A stretch of 64,000 nucleotides of DNA from Candidatus Cloacimonadales bacterium (GTDB lineage: Bacteria; Cloacimonadota; Cloacimonadia; Cloacimonadales; JAIOQZ01), in NCBI GenBank assembly GCA_963662655.2, contig CAXXTU010000002.1, positions 384,001 through 448,000 of the forward strand, written 5' to 3'. Positions 1 to 10,053 of this stretch are shown here, in pieces; positions within the stretch are counted from its first letter, which is position 1; every line of letters begins with the position of its first letter. The notes under the pieces are model-generated. The model saw nothing but the letters and a program-made list of their open reading frames with translations. It searched no databases and had not been told where the DNA came from. Position numbers and translations under genes: made by a program.

Positions 1-960
1 GGCATCGACGGAACCCCGTTGGAGGATGCTCAGGCTATCCGAAGCTCACTCGAGCTGAACGACTGGGCGTACATCCTGTACCTGAAGAGCCTCGGTAACA
101 AGCTGTACCCCGATTCTCCCAACAGCGTTGCGCTGCTGACCTGGATGTTTCTGATCAAATCCGGTTATAAAATAAAGATCGGCTACGACGGCGATAGCGT
201 CTTTCTCATGATCCCCTGCGATCAATCGTTGTATGGATTGTCCTACATCGAGATGGACGGATTTACCTACTACGCGGTAACTTTCACCGCGCACGAGCCC
301 GAAGAAATCTACACCTATCAGGGGGAGTATCCGGCCGCGGAGCGATTGATCGACCTGAGGCTTGAGCGCGCGCCTGAGTTTACCGACACCGTTGGACAAA
401 GAGAGCTCCGTTTCAACTGCGACGGCAGGGAGATCGCAATTCCCGTCGCTTACAACGAATCCGCAATCGCTTTTTATCGCGACTACCCGGCAACCGACCT
501 CGCGGTTTACTTCGACACGCCACTCACCGTGGAATCGGAGCAATCGATCGTAAGCAAGCTGAAACCGCTTCTGGAAGGAAAGAGCGAAGGTGAAGCGCTC
601 AATCTGCTCTTACATTTCGTGCAGACCGCTTTCGCCTACAAGACGGATCAGGACCAGTTCGGTATCGAAAAGAGCTTTTTCCCGGATGAAGCCTTCCACT
701 ACCCCTATTGCGATTGCGAAGATCGCTCCGTGCTGTTCGCGCGCCTGGTGCGGAATCTCCTGGGGAGGAAGGTGATCGGATTGAACTACCCGGGGCATAT
801 CGCCACGGCCGTACGGCTGGAGAGCGAGATCCCCGGAGACTCTATTGACTACATGGGCGAGCGTTACCTCGTGTGCGATCCCACCTACATCAACGCGAAT
901 ATCGGCTCTGCCATGCCGGAATTCAGGGATGTCCAGCCCAAGGTGATCGCACTGAACTAA
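1..960 (+). CDS. Transglutaminase-like cysteine-protease-fold protein (5' end outside window)
   Basis: Frame is open from base 1; candidate Cys-His-Asp triad in YCDCEDRS, GHIATAV, CDPTY. Confidence 0.7.
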   Translation, partial: GIDGTPLEDAQAIRSSLELNDWAYILYLKSLGNKLYPDSPNSVALLTWMFLIKSGYKIKIGYDGDSVFLMIPCDQSLYGLSYIEMDGFTYYAVTFTAHEPEEIYTYQGEYPAAERLIDLRLERAPEFTDTVGQRELRFNCDGREIAIPVAYNESAIAFYRDYPATDLAVYFDTPLTVESEQSIVSKLKPLLEGKSEGEALNLLLHFVQTAFAYKTDQDQFGIEKSFFPDEAFHYPYCDCEDRSVLFARLVRNLLGRKVIGLNYPGHIATAVRLESEIPGDSIDYMGERYLVCDPTYINANIGSAMPEFRDVQPKVIALN

Positions 961-991
961 ACTTTTGCATCCCGAAAAGAATGGAGGAACG

Positions 992-3718
992 TTGAACACC
1001 ATCCGGCTCGATTTCCACACCGATCCGATCTCCCGCGCGATCGACGACAATTTCAATACCCGAACGATTATCGCCTTCACGCACCGAAACAACCTCGTTC
1101 GAGCGCAAAAGATCGTTCAGGAGCGGGATCCATTCGGTCTGCTGAGACTGACCACCCTCGATAAGCTCATGGACGAATGCGAAGTGAGCGACACACCAGT
1201 TTTACGCCCGGAGCTCAGGCCGTTCTACCTTTACAACGCACTCACACAGGCTGACAAGGATGATCTGAGGATTTCGTCGTTCCGCTCCGCTCAACCTTTC
1301 ATCAAGAGATTCTTCACCCTCATGGGGGAGTGGAAGGAGGCGCAGCTTTCACTGGATATCGACTGGGAATTGCTCTATGAAAGCTGGTTCTCCGACGATA
1401 CGGAGTTCTGGCAGAAAGCGCTGTGGGAGCGTGTGCGGTCGATCAGAGACGGTTACCGAGAATTGCTTGCAGAACATCAGCTTACGGACAGGTTTTTTGT
1501 GGTCGGATATCGCAAACCAAATGACTTGCATCAGTACGATAAGGTTGTCGTCGTCAATCCCCTGCACATCTCGCGGCGGCAGCGCAGAATCCTCGATGAG
1601 CTTTTTCCCGATGTTACGATCCTGCGCAAGGCGAGTAAAAGCTGGATGAGGGACGGGGATATCGACTGGAGCAAGGTCGCTTTCGAATCGATCGGCGAAG
1701 AGTTGTCCGTGGAAGTGGAAGTAATGGAGCGCAAGGACGAGGTTTCCCTCCAGCTTGCGCTTGCGGACAAGCTGAACCGCGAAAAATTCCTGATCATCGA
1801 CAACAGGATCGACGATACGGCGTTCTACAGGTTTTTCAAGCCTGGAATACTCCAGATGGAGACGGCCAGCCCTGTCGCGCTGGATCCGCATTGCCGCTAC
1901 CTTGCCAATGTGGTGGACATCCTTTCGTCGCTTGTATGGCGGAACGATGATCCGGTACCGCTTTTCCCCGCGCATCTGCTTGTCCAGGCGTTGGAGTGCG
2001 ATCCAGCCGTAATCGAGGCGGATGTGCGAGATGGGTTGATCGAGCGTATTAAGAACGAGTCCCTGCAAGCGATTCCGCTGGATTTCAGCATCCTGCAGGA
2101 GCCATTGACAAGCAGTTTCCTGATAAGGCTTTACAACGATCTCGCAGCCGTCCGTAATCTGAGGACAGCGAAAGATCTCTACCAGTACATTCTCGCGTTT
2201 GCCTCGACCAGATCCGGCAGGATCGGGGAGAGGACGCTGCGGATATTTCTGGAGACCGCCGGGATTTTCAAGGCAATCGACAGGCAGGCCGATTTCAAGG
2301 GCGAAATGCTGCTGGACGGATTCCTGCAAATGCTTGAATCGAAGTCGATTCACGAGTACCGCGAGGGAGGGCAGGCTCGACTCCTCAAGCTCCCGGACGC
2401 AGACAACATACAGGCCTGGAGGCAGATCGTTTTCATGCAGATACAGGAGGGCGTCCTACCCTCGAACAAGCCGCCGGATTTCCTTTTCACGGACGCGCAA
2501 CGAGTGCGCCTGGGGCTGACGACAAGCGAAGATGCGCGCCTGCAGGACCTGTATCGGTTCATCTGCTTGTGCGCGGGAGCCCGGCGTATTGTTCTGGCCT
2601 ACCGAAACGACCTCGACGCCAATTTGCATTGCAGCAGCTTCGCGGAATCGCTAATGCTGTGGAAAGGCTCGAAGCTCGTCGGCAATACCGGGCAATACGA
2701 ATTCTCCGGTGACTACGGCGGATACGCGCAAGCGCTCTATGGTGTTCAACCCCGGAAGAAGCAGACGACGGGCACTCTCTCGATTCCACTCGAATCGATT
2801 CTGGAGGGTAATCCCCTACCGCTCTCATTTTCCGGCCTCCAAACGTTGAAAGACGATCCCGCGGCGTTTTGTCTGCGGCACCTGATGCGGCTCGAACCTC
2901 TGGAGATTTCCAGTGATAACAGCTTGGGAAATCTGAATTTCGGAAATTTGGTTCACGAGGTGATCCAGAGCCTCTTCAGGGCCTTCGACAGACAGATCGA
3001 GCAATCGCCCCAAACAGACCCCGCACTGGACGAGTTGCATCTGAACGCGGAGATCGACCGGCGGTTCGACTGGATCATGTGGGACAAGAAGCAATTTTAC
3101 TACAAGATACCGTGTGGATACAGTCGCACGTACTTCAACGAAATTCTGCTGCCTTACCTCCGTGCCTCGATCGTGGATTTCGTCGTGCAATTCCTCGGCG
3201 TTATGGGCGTTGCAACCATGCGGAATTTGAGATTTTTTACGGAACGGAAGGCCCCACTCGATGGGCGATTCCACAACCCGGAGCTTATGCTGAACATCGC
3301 GGATGATGTGACGGGTGAGGATAAATCGCTCGCGCTGCGACTCAACGGACGGGCCGATCTTGTGGCGCACAGCAAGACAAACGACCACTTCTGGATCGTT
3401 GATTTCAAGACGACAAAGAGTGACTCGAGTAAATATGGAAGTGGCTTGTCGTCTTATCAAACCAGCTTTTACACGAGGCTGTTCTTTCTGGAAAAGGATT
3501 CCGGCGTTCTATTCGACAACGTCCGCTCCATGTTTTACTTCGTGATGGACAGCACGTTGAAGGACTTTCCCGAAGCTTCCTGGGATGGACTCTCGGAGAT
3601 CATCGAGAACATTGTGAGGCCCGTCGTGATAAACGGTTGCTTCACACAGGCGGGTAAGAAAACCAGAGCGAATGAGGCCTACCTTGGTCTGTACGGTGAA
3701 ACGGAGAAGACAAAATGA
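992..3718 (+). CDS. addB: AddB-like PD-(D/E)XK nuclease subunit with inactive helicase-like N-terminal region
   Basis: TTG at 992 preceded by GGAGG (983-987); QEGVLP helicase-like motif; SFSGL...FGNLVHEVI; nuclease motifs GRADLV and IVDFKT; ATGA overlap with the downstream helicase. Confidence 0.75.
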   Translation: MNTIRLDFHTDPISRAIDDNFNTRTIIAFTHRNNLVRAQKIVQERDPFGLLRLTTLDKLMDECEVSDTPVLRPELRPFYLYNALTQADKDDLRISSFRSAQPFIKRFFTLMGEWKEAQLSLDIDWELLYESWFSDDTEFWQKALWERVRSIRDGYRELLAEHQLTDRFFVVGYRKPNDLHQYDKVVVVNPLHISRRQRRILDELFPDVTILRKASKSWMRDGDIDWSKVAFESIGEELSVEVEVMERKDEVSLQLALADKLNREKFLIIDNRIDDTAFYRFFKPGILQMETASPVALDPHCRYLANVVDILSSLVWRNDDPVPLFPAHLLVQALECDPAVIEADVRDGLIERIKNESLQAIPLDFSILQEPLTSSFLIRLYNDLAAVRNLRTAKDLYQYILAFASTRSGRIGERTLRIFLETAGIFKAIDRQADFKGEMLLDGFLQMLESKSIHEYREGGQARLLKLPDADNIQAWRQIVFMQIQEGVLPSNKPPDFLFTDAQRVRLGLTTSEDARLQDLYRFICLCAGARRIVLAYRNDLDANLHCSSFAESLMLWKGSKLVGNTGQYEFSGDYGGYAQALYGVQPRKKQTTGTLSIPLESILEGNPLPLSFSGLQTLKDDPAAFCLRHLMRLEPLEISSDNSLGNLNFGNLVHEVIQSLFRAFDRQIEQSPQTDPALDELHLNAEIDRRFDWIMWDKKQFYYKIPCGYSRTYFNEILLPYLRASIVDFVVQFLGVMGVATMRNLRFFTERKAPLDGRFHNPELMLNIADDVTGEDKSLALRLNGRADLVAHSKTNDHFWIVDFKTTKSDSSKYGSGLSSYQTSFYTRLFFLEKDSGVLFDNVRSMFYFVMDSTLKDFPEASWDGLSEIIENIVRPVVINGCFTQAGKKTRANEAYLGLYGETEKTK

Positions 3719-6700
3719 TAGATATCAAACCAATCGCGCGGATCATCAAAGCCAGCGCCGGCACTGGAAAGACCTACCGCATCTCCGTCGAATACATCGC
3801 CACGCTGATTCGGATCGGACAGTACACCGGATATGCCCGGCCCGACGTCTTCCGGGAGATTCTGGTCATCACCTTCACGCGCAAGGCGACATCGGAGATC
3901 AGGGAGCGTATTTTCGAGCATCTCGATCTGATAGTGAGGCAAAAAGATGGGTATATTGATCTGATCAATAACCTGAACCTGGAAACGACGCTGGATTCCA
4001 CACAGAGAGAGTTCCTCGCGAGGGTGCTGGATACCATGAAGCAGAACAAGCATCTGCTCATGATCCGTACCATCGATGGTTTCACGCAGATGATCTTTCA
4101 GCAGTTGGTGGCCCCCGCGCTCTATCTGGAGGACTTTACGATCGTGAACGAAAACGATGAGGAAGTCTACCAGAATGTGCTCGAGCGCGTTATCGAGAAT
4201 CCCGAATCCATGCGGATGTTCCGCCAGGTTTTCCAGAAGTACATCCATCGCGGCAAGGACCTCTCGGCCTACAGGAACCTCGTAAAAAGCATACTGGAGA
4301 ATCGCTGGCTCTTCGAAAGGCCCACACTGCTTGAATCGATGGGAAAGACAACGGATCCTCCCGCTTCCTACGAGCTTTACAAACGGGCGTTGATCGGTTT
4401 CTTTAAGGATATCTACGAGAAGGAGGGAAAAGAAGCAATTTCCCTGCTATGCAAGAAAAGGCTAAAGGGCATCTTCGAGGCAAACGGAATCGACCAGGGG
4501 AATCTGGAGGAGGGTTTGCTCGCAGCGCTTCATCACGACGAGCTGCGTATCCACGCTGCCAAGTACGCGCCGGACAACACCTTTTTCAAGAAGCCTAATG
4601 AGATGTATGGCGAGAAATATGTCAGGGAAGTTTATACACACCTTGTGAAAGGCGTTATCGAGGAGGTGCGTAAAGAGGAGGTGGTGGTCAGGGAGATTGC
4701 TGAGATTGTCTTCCGCGAATACGATCACATCAAGATGACATCGCGGGAGTTTACCCACAGCGATATCCTCTGGTACACCTACAGCACGTTGCACCGGGAT
4801 GACCTGGGTTTCATCGATCCCGACAACGGAATGGTGACCAACCTCTTCTACGAGTTCCTCTCGCAGAAAATACGCTATCTTTTCATCGACGAGTTTCAGG
4901 ATACAAGCATCTTGCAGTGGAAGCTGCTGGAGCCTCTTCTGCACGAATACGCAAGTGGTTCCGGCGTGAAGGAATACGGAGGTTTCATCGTGGTGGGCGA
5001 CGAGAAGCAGGCGATCTACGGCTGGCGCGGCGGTGAGCGTGAGCTCCTTGATCGCATTCGGCACGTCTTTCACGGCGTTGAGGAGGAGACGCTCGACATG
5101 AGCTACCGCAGCCAGTCAGTGGTGATCGACTTCGTGAACCGCTATTTCGGGCTCATCAGCAGGTGCCTCGAAGAGTTGGAGTGGGCTTACAACGACGTTC
5201 GCCACCTGCCGAAGAAAACAGCGGGATACGTGCAGGTCGATTTCGACAATTACAGCGCACGCTCCAAGGATGACCCGCGCGAGAAAGCGATGTGCTATCA
5301 GGACTTCGTGAACAAGGTTATCGCTCCCGCCATATCTCCTGAGTCCAAAATGCCGATACCTGCGGGAAGTGCTGCGATCCTGGCGCGATCCAACGCCGAT
5401 CTGAACTCGATTGCGAGAGCCTTGGACGAGGCGGGAATTCCATACATCCATGAATCCAGTGAAGCGCTTTCGGAGCACCGCCTGGTGAAGCCGTTGATCC
5501 ATTTACTGCGCTACCTAGCCTGGTTCGATTACCTCGATCTGCTCATTTTCCTGCGCTCGGACTACATCCAGCTTGATAACGAGCGGCTCAACCGACTCCT
5601 TACGTGGTACAGGAAGCACAAGGATACCCAGGCGGAGCACGATGCCGGATTCTTTACAAACGCGGTTGAATCGATAACCTGCGACGAGCTGAAGAGCCTT
5701 GCCGCGTTCCTGACGAATCATCAAAACCCACAGACGTTGTTTCCGGCGCTGGCGGAAGTTGTGGCGGAATTTGGGTCAACGACCTGGAATCCTGTTGATC
5801 AGCGGAACCTGACGCGTTTCTTGCAGGCGGTGGTGCAGTATGATCAAGCGAAGAGCGATACCGGAACCGGCGTGTATGGATTCTTGAATTACCTCGAGAA
5901 GAACGCAGGTGACGACGGCTTGCGCCAGGTGGGTCTGGATGAAGGCGACGCGATTCGCTTGATGACGATCCACAAGTCGAAGGGATTGCAGTTCGAAACG
6001 ACGTTTGTGTTCATCGACTTTTCGAAGCGCTCCAGCAGCGCGGGTTTGCTTGAGCTGCACGCCTATTATCGGATGTCCGAGGACTCCGCTTCTCCAACGG
6101 AGCTTGTTCTGTGCAACAGCGAGTACGATTCGCTGCTGAAGAACTGCCTGACGGGGGTGAGGGGATTTCCGTACGAAGCGATCGCGAAGATGATGGAGCA
6201 CAGGAAGTATGCAATTTTCGCTGATGAAATCAACGCGCTGTACGTGGCTCTCACGAGAGCGAAGAACAACCTGTTCGTCTACGCTGCCCTGGAGGCGGCG
6301 GATTTCTCGAAGGGGCTCAAGGATGCTGAGAAAGACCCTTACAAGTTCAAGTACCTTTTTGCGCTTCTCCACACCGTTGTTTACCATCCTCTGGATTCCG
6401 GCGAGGATTTCAAGGGGAAGATAACGGTCGATCAGGTAGCGGACGTTGAGGAATCAGCACAGGAGGATCGGCAGATACGGGATGTCATGCGGAGTCTTCA
6501 TTTCAGGAATCTGATCACGGAGCCGGCGGAGGTTGATGAGCAAAAGGCGCACCAGCTCATCCGGTCGCACCGATCGGGGTCGCTTGTAACCGGCGAATTT
6601 GTGCACTTGTACCTTTCGATGATCAAGTATGGGGAAGAAGCGGAATTCGATGCTGCATGGAATACGGTGAATCGCCACTTCGGCGGGATATTCAGTCGTC

Positions 6701-7020
6701 AGGAGATGGAAGCGATCGTTTCGGAGATCGATGTGTGGGTCGAGCAGCATCCAGAGTTGTTTTTATCGCGCTGGACGCGCGTATTCAACGAGATAACGCT
6801 GTACGGCGACGACGGACAGGAATACCGTATCGACCGGCTTCTCATCGACGATGAACGGAAAGAGATTCTTATCGTGGATTACAAGACGGGCGGTATCGCG
6901 GATCCGTGGCAGAAAGAGAAATATGTAGAACTTGTGGGGAAAGCGGAACAGGGGAATTATACTATTCGATTCGAGTATCTGGAAGTGAATATGAGCGGGA
7001 TATCGTTACATGTTAATTAA
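3715..7020 (+). CDS. addA: AddA/UvrD-family ATP-dependent helicase-nuclease
   Basis: Walker A ASAGTGKT, ITFTRKAT, IDEFQDTS, VGDEKQAIYGWRGG, MTIHKSKGLQF, YVALTRAK; C-terminal nuclease RIDRL...VDYKTG. Confidence 0.9.
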   Translation: MIDIKPIARIIKASAGTGKTYRISVEYIATLIRIGQYTGYARPDVFREILVITFTRKATSEIRERIFEHLDLIVRQKDGYIDLINNLNLETTLDSTQREFLARVLDTMKQNKHLLMIRTIDGFTQMIFQQLVAPALYLEDFTIVNENDEEVYQNVLERVIENPESMRMFRQVFQKYIHRGKDLSAYRNLVKSILENRWLFERPTLLESMGKTTDPPASYELYKRALIGFFKDIYEKEGKEAISLLCKKRLKGIFEANGIDQGNLEEGLLAALHHDELRIHAAKYAPDNTFFKKPNEMYGEKYVREVYTHLVKGVIEEVRKEEVVVREIAEIVFREYDHIKMTSREFTHSDILWYTYSTLHRDDLGFIDPDNGMVTNLFYEFLSQKIRYLFIDEFQDTSILQWKLLEPLLHEYASGSGVKEYGGFIVVGDEKQAIYGWRGGERELLDRIRHVFHGVEEETLDMSYRSQSVVIDFVNRYFGLISRCLEELEWAYNDVRHLPKKTAGYVQVDFDNYSARSKDDPREKAMCYQDFVNKVIAPAISPESKMPIPAGSAAILARSNADLNSIARALDEAGIPYIHESSEALSEHRLVKPLIHLLRYLAWFDYLDLLIFLRSDYIQLDNERLNRLLTWYRKHKDTQAEHDAGFFTNAVESITCDELKSLAAFLTNHQNPQTLFPALAEVVAEFGSTTWNPVDQRNLTRFLQAVVQYDQAKSDTGTGVYGFLNYLEKNAGDDGLRQVGLDEGDAIRLMTIHKSKGLQFETTFVFIDFSKRSSSAGLLELHAYYRMSEDSASPTELVLCNSEYDSLLKNCLTGVRGFPYEAIAKMMEHRKYAIFADEINALYVALTRAKNNLFVYAALEAADFSKGLKDAEKDPYKFKYLFALLHTVVYHPLDSGEDFKGKITVDQVADVEESAQEDRQIRDVMRSLHFRNLITEPAEVDEQKAHQLIRSHRSGSLVTGEFVHLYLSMIKYGEEAEFDAAWNTVNRHFGGIFSRQEMEAIVSEIDVWVEQHPELFLSRWTRVFNEITLYGDDGQEYRIDRLLIDDERKEILIVDYKTGGIADPWQKEKYVELVGKAEQGNYTIRFEYLEVNMSGISLHVN

Positions 7021-7302
7021 TTAATAACGGCGCTGGAAATTGCTTCTCGGGCGAGGAGCTCTTTCGCGTGCACCGTCAACTTTCAGGTTTCTTCCACCGA
7101 ACATGGAATCGTTCAGTGCGGTAATTGCGGCCTGCGCACCCTCATTGTCCATCTCGACAAAACCGTAGCCTTTCTTTTTGCCGGTTTCGCGATCAACAAC
7201 GAGTTTAACAGATTCGACGCTTCCGTATTGACCAAACAGTTCTTCGATTTCTTCTTCGCTAGTTTGGTACGGTAAGTTGCCGACATACAGTTTTTGACTC
7301 AT
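7021..7302 (-). CDS. RRM (RNP-1) RNA-binding protein
   Basis: RNP2 LYVGNL and RNP1 KGYGFVEM; ATG at 7302 with AAGGAG SD. Confidence 0.92.
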   Translation of the reverse strand: MSQKLYVGNLPYQTSEEEIEELFGQYGSVESVKLVVDRETGKKKGYGFVEMDNEGAQAAITALNDSMFGGRNLKVDGARERAPRPRSNFQRRY

Positions 7303-7579
7303 TCGTAGTCTCCTTGTAGGGTAAGTATCTGGGTGATTCGCAGGATGACTATAGAAAAATTTCATAAGGCAATTGTATGCTTTGCGGCAATTACCGATGA
7401 AAGACTATAGGCTCCTGGAGATCTACGACATCCCGCTTTTCAATGAACTAAGTTGCAATAAATAATAGTGTAAAATCCTGTCTATATTTTTTTTTTATTT
7501 CTTTTGAAATTCTCTTAAGGGTAAGTGCCTTTATTGTCGGATGAGGATGCTTCCAAAACCCGTCGGCGTTACTTTATCG

Positions 7580-7608
7580 TTGACCTAAAAGCGATATGAT
7601 AGTATATT
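7580..7608 (+). promoter_or_regulatory. Putative sigma70 promoter for rimO
   Basis: TTGACC-17 bp-TATATT. Confidence 0.5.
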
Positions 7609-7709
7609 AGGAATTGAATCATAATATTTTCGCAATGAAACTTACAAGACATGGAGTTTTCACTGTGAAACAGGTCATGAGTATCTTTTTCAGTATATCA
7701 GGAGCTTGA

Positions 7710-8990
7710 ATGAAGACATTTTACATCGAGAGTCTCGGTTGTCCTAAAAATCTTGTGGATAGCGAGCGTTTCACCGACATAGCGCTTCGGTACGGTTACA
7801 CGCGAACATCGGATATCCACGAAGCGGATATGATATTGATCAATACATGTGGCTTCATTCTCGATGCAAAACGCGAATCGATCGATACAATTCTGGAATA
7901 CAACGAGATCAGGAAACCGACGTCGTTCTTCGCCGTAACCGGCTGCCTGGTCAGACGCTATCTGGATGCTTTGCAGTCGGATATTCCGGAGGTCAACGCA
8001 TGGGTGGATCTGAAGGATTTTTCTTCGTTCGAGAGGATTTTCACCGAAGAGACCGAGCTTGAATTGCCCAACCGGCACTTGTTGACGCCTCCTCACTACG
8101 CGTATCTACGTATCAGCGACGGTTGCGAGAACTATTGTACGTATTGCGCGATCCCATCGATCCGGGGGAAGCTGCTCAGCGAGCGTATCGAGGTTCTAGT
8201 CAGAGAAGCAAGGACGCTTGCCGATTCCGGTGTGAAGGAGCTCATCATCACCGCGCAGGATGTTGCACAGTACGGGCTGGATATCTACGGGGAATCGAAG
8301 CTGGTGGAACTCCTTTGGGAGCTGGAGAAGATCGACGGAATTCAGTGGATTCGTCTGATGTACCTTCATCCGGCGCATATTACGAAGAAATTGATTATCG
8401 CGATCTCGGCCATGCCTAAAGTGAACCATTATCTCGATATTCCTTTGCAGCACGTCAGTGATCCTGTTCTCAAGGCGATGAACAGGAAAACAACCAGCGA
8501 ACAGCTCGATCTGCTGATACGACGAATCAGAACCATCATCCCCGATATAGCGATCCGCACGACTTTCATCACAGGATTTCCCGGAGAAACGGTTACCGAC
8601 TTCAAGAAACTGGAGTCGTTTATCCGAGAGAAGCGCTTCGATCGCCTGGGTGTGTTCTCATACTCCGAGGAAGAGGGAACGCCAGCGTCGAATCTGGAAC
8701 CCAAGGTTACACTGAAGACGGCAGAGAAACGCAAGGACGCTCTCATGGAGATTCAGCAGGAGATATCCACAGAATTGCTGGAAGAAAAGGTAGGCAAGCG
8801 GTTGGAAGTGATCATCGATGATTACGCTGAAGACGAGGGATTTCTATACGAGGGAAGAACGCGTCAGGATGCGCCGGAGATCGATGGCGTGGTGTATATC
8901 ACCGCGGGGAAAGCGAAGCCTGGCGATATTGTGACGGTCGAGATTATCGATTCCTGGGAGTACGACCTTGTCGGACGGATTGTTGAGTGA
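7710..8990 (+). CDS. rimO: Ribosomal protein S12 methylthiotransferase RimO
   Basis: SLGCPKNLVDSE, INTCGFI, radical SAM CENYCTYC, C-terminal TRAM domain with DAPEIDG. Confidence 0.95.
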   Translation: MKTFYIESLGCPKNLVDSERFTDIALRYGYTRTSDIHEADMILINTCGFILDAKRESIDTILEYNEIRKPTSFFAVTGCLVRRYLDALQSDIPEVNAWVDLKDFSSFERIFTEETELELPNRHLLTPPHYAYLRISDGCENYCTYCAIPSIRGKLLSERIEVLVREARTLADSGVKELIITAQDVAQYGLDIYGESKLVELLWELEKIDGIQWIRLMYLHPAHITKKLIIAISAMPKVNHYLDIPLQHVSDPVLKAMNRKTTSEQLDLLIRRIRTIIPDIAIRTTFITGFPGETVTDFKKLESFIREKRFDRLGVFSYSEEEGTPASNLEPKVTLKTAEKRKDALMEIQQEISTELLEEKVGKRLEVIIDDYAEDEGFLYEGRTRQDAPEIDGVVYITAGKAKPGDIVTVEIIDSWEYDLVGRIVE

Positions 8991-9196
8991 AATGCGTTCG
9001 GGAGAGAAGCGGTCCCCTCGACGATTGAAATGGGATTTGCTGAAGAAACTCACCCGTCATTGATGCAATCAATGCCACCCTCTCTTATACTAAGAGAGGG
9101 GCAGAAGTAGCGCGATGCGCTGCATCGCGGATCATTTTGGGCAAATCCCCTTCCAATCGACGAGCGCCCACCCACCCTGGTTGCGAACGCATTTCA
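8988..9196. repeat. Nested inverted-repeat element with three internal hairpins
   Basis: 13-bp perfect IR 8988-9000/9184-9196; 21/24 IR 9017-9040/9141-9164; hairpins 9058-9074, 9078-9100, 9111-9129. Confidence 0.75.
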
Positions 9197-9241
9197 GAGC
9201 AAGTTCTCGGATTCTTTCAGGAGAAGTGGATTCGATTGAAT

Positions 9242-10015
9242 TTACTTGAGAAGGGATAGCGCCCAGTCGAATACGCCGAGCAATTTGAGGCTTCCCAGCA
9301 CGACTGACACAATCAGAATGAGCCGGATGATTTTCTCGCCTCGTTTAACCGCCGAACGAACGCCAAGCCATGCTCCGATGTAGTTGCCGATCGAGAGAAC
9401 AATACCGAACTTCCACATGATGGTACCGGATATGGCGAAGATGCATACGGAACATACCGTATAGAACAGAACGATGGTAACTTTCAAGGCGTTTGCGCGG
9501 ACCAGATCGAGGTTCTCGATCAGGTTGAGCGATGCCAGCAGAATGAGCCCGACTCCCACCTGAATGAATCCTCCATAAAACCCGATTGCGATGAATATGA
9601 GGCTTTCGATCCACGGCGAGAAGCTTTTTTGCGTATCCTTCATCCTGGGTGGCTTGATCATGAGAATGACGATACCGATGAGGATGATGGCGAGGATGAT
9701 CTCGAAAGTGCGGCTGCTGATATTGACGGCCCACATCGTTCCGAGGAAGGAACCGATAATCGCGGAGAGCAGGATGTGCCAACGACCTTTGATCTCGATG
9801 AGGTTGCGCCTTTTGAAATGGTGAACGCTCGATACGTTTTGTGCGAAGATCGCGATGCGGTTGGTAGCGTTGGCGACATTGGCGTCCATTCCGATAAGGG
9901 TAATCAGGATGGGAAGCACCAGAACGGAACCGCCTCCGGCAAGCGTATTGATAAATCCTGCCAGGCCTCCGGCAAAAAACAGCAAAGTGTATGTGATTAT
10001 TTGATGTTCACCCAT
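9242..10015 (-). CDS. TauE/SafE (TSUP) family membrane transporter
   Basis: AGFINTLAGGG, ANATNR, GFYGGFIQVGVG, RANALK; hydrophobic throughout. Confidence 0.88.
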   Translation of the reverse strand: MGEHQIITYTLLFFAGGLAGFINTLAGGGSVLVLPILITLIGMDANVANATNRIAIFAQNVSSVHHFKRRNLIEIKGRWHILLSAIIGSFLGTMWAVNISSRTFEIILAIILIGIVILMIKPPRMKDTQKSFSPWIESLIFIAIGFYGGFIQVGVGLILLASLNLIENLDLVRANALKVTIVLFYTVCSVCIFAISGTIMWKFGIVLSIGNYIGAWLGVRSAVKRGEKIIRLILIVSVVLGSLKLLGVFDWALSLLK

Positions 10016-10053
10016 GCAATCGAAAAAAAGGAATTAGCTGAAACTGGCAAGAA

